64,000 nt of DNA from positions 7,160,454 through 7,224,453 of the forward strand of contig CAVNZM010000002.1 of the NCBI GenBank assembly GCA_963693365.1, written 5' to 3'. The notes beneath the pieces were generated by a model, which searched no databases, had not been told where the DNA came from, and saw only the letters and a program-made list of their open reading frames with translations. Shown piece after piece: positions 24,929-64,000 of the stretch (its first letter is position 1; each line of letters opens with the position of its first letter). The stretch comes from Amoebidium appalachense. Taxonomy: Eukaryota; Protista; Ichthyosporea. The position numbers and the translations under genes were made by a program.

Positions 24929-25409
24929 TGAGTGTGTGTACCCCTGCATTTGTGCCCTTGTGTAGCACCAAGTTATTTGCCCAAGCAACACTTCTCACCG
25001 GCACCGACTTCATCTAACCTCCAGCCTAACGCCAACATAAATCAGTAATGTGAAAATTCAGCATCTTCAGCACGGCAGCCAACCGATTTTCCATCCATAC
25101 ACACCGAGTTCAAACAGCATAATCTAGATTTTCACTGCAGCATACGAGCGACTTGCACCAACCACTAAATACATAGCCGTCAGAAACAGCTACTTTGTTC
25201 ACCCCAAAATCTTCCGACGCAGTGTCTTCCTATACGTTTCAGAAATCATTACATTACGCGAAGAGCCCCCCCCCCCCCCCCCCCCCCCCCCCCATTTTTC
25301 CCAAAAAAAAGGAAGGGAAAAAAAAAAGGAAGAAAGAAAAAGGAAAGAAACAGAAAAGGAAAAAGAAAAGGAAAGGAAAAGAAAGAAAAAGACAGGGGAA
25401 ACCACCCCC

Positions 25410-58136
<32,727 letters not shown>

Positions 58137-60694
58137 CTGTGGATGTACGTGTGTGCGTGTTTGGGGCAGGGAGGGGGGGGGGAGGGGGGGGGGGGAGGGG
58201 GGGCGAGGGAAGGGGGAAGCCGGAAGGAGGGGGGAGGGGGAGAGAGGGGGAAGGGGGGAAAGAGGGGAGGGGGGGAGGGGGGGGGGGGGGGGGGGATGGG
58301 GGATGTAAGGATAAAGGTTAGAGTCGGGTGGGTGATGATCGAACGGCTCTTGGTTTAGTGTGAATGTGTTGGTGTGAACGGGGGGAAAGGGCGGGTGGGC
58401 AAATGGCTTGGTGTGGAAGAGGGGGGCTGTGCGGCGCTCGGGGGGAGGGGGGGGGGGGGGGAGGGGAGGGGGCGGGAGGGGGGGGGGGGGGGGGTTGTGA
58501 TGTGACTGGGTGTATGTGGGTGCCTAATCGGTTATGTTTGTAAGGGCCCGCAAGTGCATGTGTCTGTATGGTTGGGTGTGTAGGTGAATGGGGGCATTAG
58601 GGGATGGCGCAGTTCATGTGGAGGGTGCTGTGCAGGTGCTCGTGTTGGTGTCTGTGTGTGTATGTATATTTGCGTAGCCCATGTGATTGCTGGAATGTGT
58701 GCATTAGTGTGCATCTAAGGCGGACAGGAGAGATCGATGTGTGTGTGTGTGTGAAGGGGTTGGGCAAGAGGGCGGGAGTGGTAGGAAGCGGGGGGGGGAG
58801 TGGGTGGGGACGGGGGGGGGGGGGGGGGGGAGGGTTACAGACCGTGTGCCCGAATTTACTGGAGAAAGGGGTGGCATGGGTGTAAAAGAAAGGGTAAGGG
58901 GGTTGGGAGTGAAGCAGGGTTGAGGGAATGGGGGGTTTGGGTGTTGTACATAGGACTCCCTCATCTTCTCCTGTAGGGGCTCTAATGCTCTGATCATTTT
59001 GTGACATTGCTGTCTGCTTTACTTTTATTAAGACCACCAATTTATGTCAGCGTGTTGCAGTGAAGTGTGGGGCAGGCTCGTGCTCGTGTACGCAAGAGAC
59101 AGTCGTGTGGCTGCGGAATCGAAGAAAACCAAATCTTTCACAAGACGCATGCCACAACATCAATGTCATGATGAAAATAGTGAAATCTTCTAACCTAACA
59201 AGACTGATGTATTTGAACTGTACTACTTGGCAGAGTGCACAGGCAGAGGATTGACAAAAAGAAATGCACAGCTCCTGAGGCAGCAAGGGGGGGGGGGGGT
59301 AGCAAGGTGGCAGGGGGAGTGGTTTCCGGCAGAAAGCGAACCTGGGAGGGGATGCTGGAAATCGGAGAAGGGAGAGCCTTTGGGGGAAGGGGGGGGGGGG
59401 GGGGAAGGGGGGAGGGGGGAGGAAAAAGGGGGAGGGGGGGGGGAAGGGGGGCCGGGGGGGGGGGGGGGGGGGGGGGGGGGGTTGGTGACATGGAGGGAGA
59501 AGGAATATATTGGCCATATTGGCCTATATGTTGAGGTTGGAAGGGGAGGGGGGGGGGGGGGGGGGGAGGGGGGAGGTTCGGGAACGCGCCAGAGAGTGTG
59601 CGTTTGGTGAGCTCTACAACGTAAAAATGGTGCAGAAACTGCATAGATCAACTTGGCTTCTGCATGCAGCCACGGAGGCAGAAGCACGGACAGCACAAAC
59701 ATCGGGTGCAGCAACTGCTGGAGCTGCCTTCCCCATCGCAAGGCTGGCAGAAGAAATTACAGACTCATGGATTAAACATCGATGCAAAAAAAAAGGGAGG
59801 TGCCAACGCAAAGAATTCTTACATGGTCAGTTAGCAGAGACACATCTCTCCCTTGTCACCGTCACTCTGCTTTCTCCCTCACTTTCACTGGCGAGGTCAG
59901 AATCTCCGCGGGGAGTGCTTCAACATCTGTTTGTGTGCTTTGATTGTAGTGGCATCAAGATACAGTGTGAATAATAGTGGTGCCAGCTCAGAAAAATTAA
60001 TCCTTTTTCAGTATACGACCGACAACTTGTTGATCTTAGAGCTGTTCATGATATTCTGCCATCTACGGTTACAGTTCAACTTGGGCATGTTTTAGACATG
60101 TATCTTGTACCATTCACCGACTAGATCAAGCACCACCATATGCCTTTGCGCCTTTACAATAGCTTAAAACCTTTCCCCTTATGCTACACAGAAGCCATGT
60201 CCTTTCCATGGCTCGTCACTCTCTCGCCTTCTTTTTAGCCTGTGACTGTTTACAATCTATTCGTCTGTATACAGACTCTAAGCGTAGACCGTTGGACTAA
60301 TGCTTTGCTTGATTTTATCTCTGAAGATGACGTCATAGAAAACCACACAATGGGCATAAAAGGTGTTGCTGGCCTTCGTTGCCAGCCCTGTTTGTGTAAG
60401 GCTCGTGACATGTCCGGTTGATGTTTGGTTGTTGTGGGAGGTAATATTTTCTTTACATGTTTCAAAGTTTGCTACGCACATAGGTTTCCATTTGATTTTT
60501 TTCTAGTTAGTTTCTCACCCCCATTCTTGTTGCGTGTTTGTCAAGTGGCAACTCCGAAATCTGTTCTTTGAAGAACACACCTTCCCTTTTTCAGTACAAA
60601 TTTAGAACGTACACATCATACTTCTAGTGCTTTTTCTAGTTTGACGCCAACGTACACATGCAATTTACCGTCTTGTGCACCGAACTCTGGCAAC

Positions 60695-62452
60695 ATGACA
60701 CAGAACAATTCAAGAATGGGTTATTCTGGCCGTTTTGCCCCTTATTCGACACGAAGCAGGAGTCGGGCAGCTACGAATTCTCAAGCTACCCACGTGGAAG
60801 TAATAGAGCTTTCATCAGATGACGAGGACTCTAGCACAACCACCCAAGACGGGAGACTCAGAAACAGTACACGGCGCGACAGCAACAGCCCACCAACGAG
60901 CGCAAGACATGAAAACGCAACGAGAACTGTTAACGAGCAAGTTCAAACATCAACAGGTAGCCAGTCTTCTGCAGCCCCTACGGTGATAGATTTGACAGGT
61001 GAAGATGAACCCGCACCCACACCCGCACCCACCCAAACATCAGCTACAACACACCCACCGGAGCAACCCAGAAGAACCACTCCGCATCCCAATAGAAAGG
61101 GCACCCGTTTTGGCCACATGGAGGTTCTAAAACACAACAATCACATAGTCAACGCGGCTGCAGTTTACCTGGACGGGGTTAGATTCAAAGGAATAGTCAC
61201 ACATGTTAACAAAATCCAGCAAATGGTCGCCGCTGTGAATAGCCGGACGTGGCACCTTCCGTACGATACCAAGTTTGCCGTTTCGAAACATCAAAAGGCG
61301 AACCGCACGGTTTTTCTCCTTTTCACATCAGTTGAGGACGACGCTTTCCTCGGTATGGCGGAGGTGGTGAAACCCGTGGTGGTTAGCGCCAAGGACGGAA
61401 AAAACAAGGTCCCAGTTGACGTTGAGTTCAGGTTGCTACGGGACCTGAACAGCTCCGAATTTGGTAATGTTCTCTGCGAGCCGCAAACTGGGGTGCACAC
61501 GGCCAAAACGAAACTCGTGCATGCGCCGGAGGCGGCGGAGGTTGACCACAAGGGGCTGCACCAGCTCCTGAAGAGTTGGTGCCAAGCAAAGCGAAGGAAG
61601 TCGAAGGTTTTTAAGGCGCTCCAGCACAAAATAGAAAGACCAAACCCACCCACCGGTTCGGAAACCGCCGCGGCAACATCGTTGCCGGCAACCATCCAGG
61701 CGCAACCGAACACGCGCGAGGGCTCGCCAGCGGCGGCGGCGAACGTCGGCGGTGTGCCCAACCCACACACGTCTCTGCCTCCTCCGGCCCAACAACCGTC
61801 TAACACTCACGCTTCCCCGACTTTCTCTCCTCCTTATCCCACAGCAGCGGAAAACTCGAGCATCAGCACACGTGGTTCAACATCATCGCCGCCGGCGCCC
61901 GCAGCTGGCGCAGCTCTGAGGGGTAGGTTTTGGGGGGCATGGCCCTCCCTCCCAACGTTCTCTGGTTTGTCGTCGTCGACACGTCATTTCTCTACCGCCA
62001 TGACCTTCTCCGCCTCGAGTCTTTCCTTTTGCGCAAACGGGGCCGCTACTGTCTGGTCATCCCTGTCGCTGTGCAGGAAGAAATTAACTTGCACTTCAAG
62101 CACGCGCGCGGACCCAAGAGGATGCTCGCCGACCACGTCTTGCGAATCTTCCACGGGTTCCTCACCATGCGGAACGAGAACGTCTACATCCTCTTCCAGG
62201 AGAAAGCGCACGATGAGGATTACCGGCACGCGCTGCAGCAGATGAAACAGACTCGGCCGGCGGATGCGCGCGTGATTGCGTGTGCGTTGTCATTGAACGC
62301 GCAGTACGAGGGGGAGGGTGTGCTGTGCGACCGATGACAACCTCATGAGGGTGGAGGCTGGAGTTGCCGGTCTGGCTACGGTGTCGTCGAGGGCGATGAG
62401 CGAGCACGGCGATAATTTTGACCTGGCGGTACAGTTTCCGAATTCACATTGA
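60695..62452 (+). CDS. Intronless SIM-SIM / YTH-like / PIN-domain protein (about 585 aa), interrupted by two G-run frameshifts
   Basis: ATG at 60695. SIM-like motifs are VEVIELSSDDED and TVIDLTGEDE. The YTH-like segment (about 61174-61580) contains RF..., TW, VFLLFTS, FLGMAEV, VDVEF..LRDL, EAAEV and LLKSW. The PIN segment (about 61960-62390) contains VVVDTS, LVIPVAVQEEI, ADARVIACA and TDDNLMR. The frame changes fall in G runs at about 61931-61937 and 62310-62315. Stop TGA at 62450-62452. Confidence 0.72.
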
Positions 62453-64000
62453 GTGCATCTGTTTTCTTCATTAGGTTTTTTTTTCCATTTTGGTTTTTTT
62501 TATGTGGGGAGGGGGACTGTTTTTTTTGTTTTTTATTATGTGGGTGTGTTTATGTACTTGTGTGTGTGCGTAGGTGCGCGTGCGTGTGGATGGGAGAGGG
62601 GTGAAGAGAGAGTGTATGGCTGGTGGCGTGTGCAAACACGTGCCCATGCTCTTCCTTAAGCTTGGTGGTAACCTGTCTGTTTCCCACGGTTTTCAATGTG
62701 GCTTCATTTGGCTGTGCTCCGCCGTATTTTGCTCCTATACTTTTTTCTTCTGTCAACAAACGTGCACAATTTTGTGCATGCTCAACGACACACACACACA
62801 CACACGGACACACACACAGTGCACTTGCGTGTGCTCAACAGGCACGCGCTCGTGGTATGGTGCCCACAAGAACACACGAACACACCGGAGTACACAACCC
62901 CACCGGAGCACGAAGCACACATGTTCACACACCACGTGTGTGTGCACGCATTTCTGGACACCTCTCTTCCCTTGCCTTTCTTGCCAAACAGTGCCTGGTT
63001 TAAACACCAGGTTGCCGGTGGCAAAACGAGGTTAAGAGAAGAAAGAGGGGAGCATTCTTTCTTTTTGCCTTTGCATATGGGCACCCGAAAGGGTGGCTCA
63101 TCAAAGGCTGAGAGATGGAGATTGTGGTGTCTGGGATGTGTGTGTGTGTGTGTGTGTGGCGTTTAGAGAGTGGTGGGTGGCATGCGCATGTGCACACGTT
63201 CGTGTTGCATGTGTATGCTGCAGGGGTATGGGTGCATGTGGGTGTGGGTGTCATGTGCTGCCGTGGGTGCATGCTTGGGCACTTACACAAACATATCACA
63301 TCACCACACACAAACACACACACACACATGCCAAACTGGGGCCTACAGAGACAAGCACATGCGCACGCTCGAGCATACGTTTCCATTTTTTTTTTCTTTT
63401 TTTTCGTGCTCCTCTTATGTCTATATGGTCGACTTTTTTTCTTTTTTTTTTCTTGTTTCGTTGTAATTATTGGTTGGTTTGCTGGTTTGTGTTGTTGGTA
63501 CGGATTGTATAAAGTAGGCTGACATGTTCTAAGTGTTGCTACGTTTTTCCTGTCTGGGGCATGGGATAAATTTTTGTATGTGAAATCTAAGGCACGGTCC
63601 AGTTTGAAAGCACACACACAGACACAGACACATACTTGCATGGACCGAGACAGACAGATAGACAGTTTGAGTGAAGGCGGCAAAAAGGTGTAGGGTTTTT
63701 TTTTGTCAGTGTTGTTGTTGTTGGGTGTTGGGGGGGGGGGGGGGGGGGGTGTCGGGGGGGGGATTTGTTACGGTAGGATGAGAGTATGGGGCGCATGTGT
63801 GCCCGGAAGTCTTGTCTTTCGCGGTTTTTCTTTCCAAGTCATTATTCTCGTTTTCTTGGTTCAGTAAGTCTATGATATGAATTTACGTTCGAAACCCCAG
63901 TGGTAATATGAATATGAATGTACTCATGGCCATAGAATGGTATCATCAGAGAAGGATATATCTAGGTGTGTGGGAGATATATGCCAAGTGCTGGGTTGTT

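Noticed and set aside
59047-60100. ORFs 59510-59974 (plus) and 59614-59811 (minus)
   Set aside because: No recognisable domain or splice chain. The region could be UTR or promoter between divergent genes.
61925-61940. Programmed -1 frameshift or intron between the YTH-like and PIN regions
   Set aside because: There is no in-frame X XXY YYZ heptamer and no nearby AG acceptor. A homopolymer indel is the simpler explanation.

Overview
Eukaryotic nuclear DNA with GT-AG introns and the standard genetic code. The organism is probably a unicellular opisthokont or holozoan, but this is inference only. Introns and spacers are saturated with poly-G/poly-C, (CA)n and (CT)n repeats, so nearly all ORFs in the supplied track are repeat artefacts. 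Manual exon assembly gives these genes: the 3' end of one SLC28/CNT nucleoside transporter plus an intact intronless paralog (4072-5748); a bacterial-type alpha/beta-hydrolase (phospholipase/carboxylesterase) in 3 exons on the minus strand; an 11-exon BCKDHA (14321-23331); a Munc13/MUN-domain gene of about 34 exons and about 1,500 aa on the minus strand (25410 to about 58136); and an intronless SIM-YTH-like-PIN gene with two G-run frameshifts (60695-62452). The most notable observations are: (1) the YTH-like reader fused to a PIN nuclease; (2) a dispersed intronic element in two subfamilies with covarying RNA stems, a pseudoknot and a fixed 3' end; (3) recurrent tandem duplication of splice junctions; (4) a decayed tRNA cluster split by a piggyBac-type MITE. 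All assignments come from reading the sequence and recalled family motifs; no searches were run.
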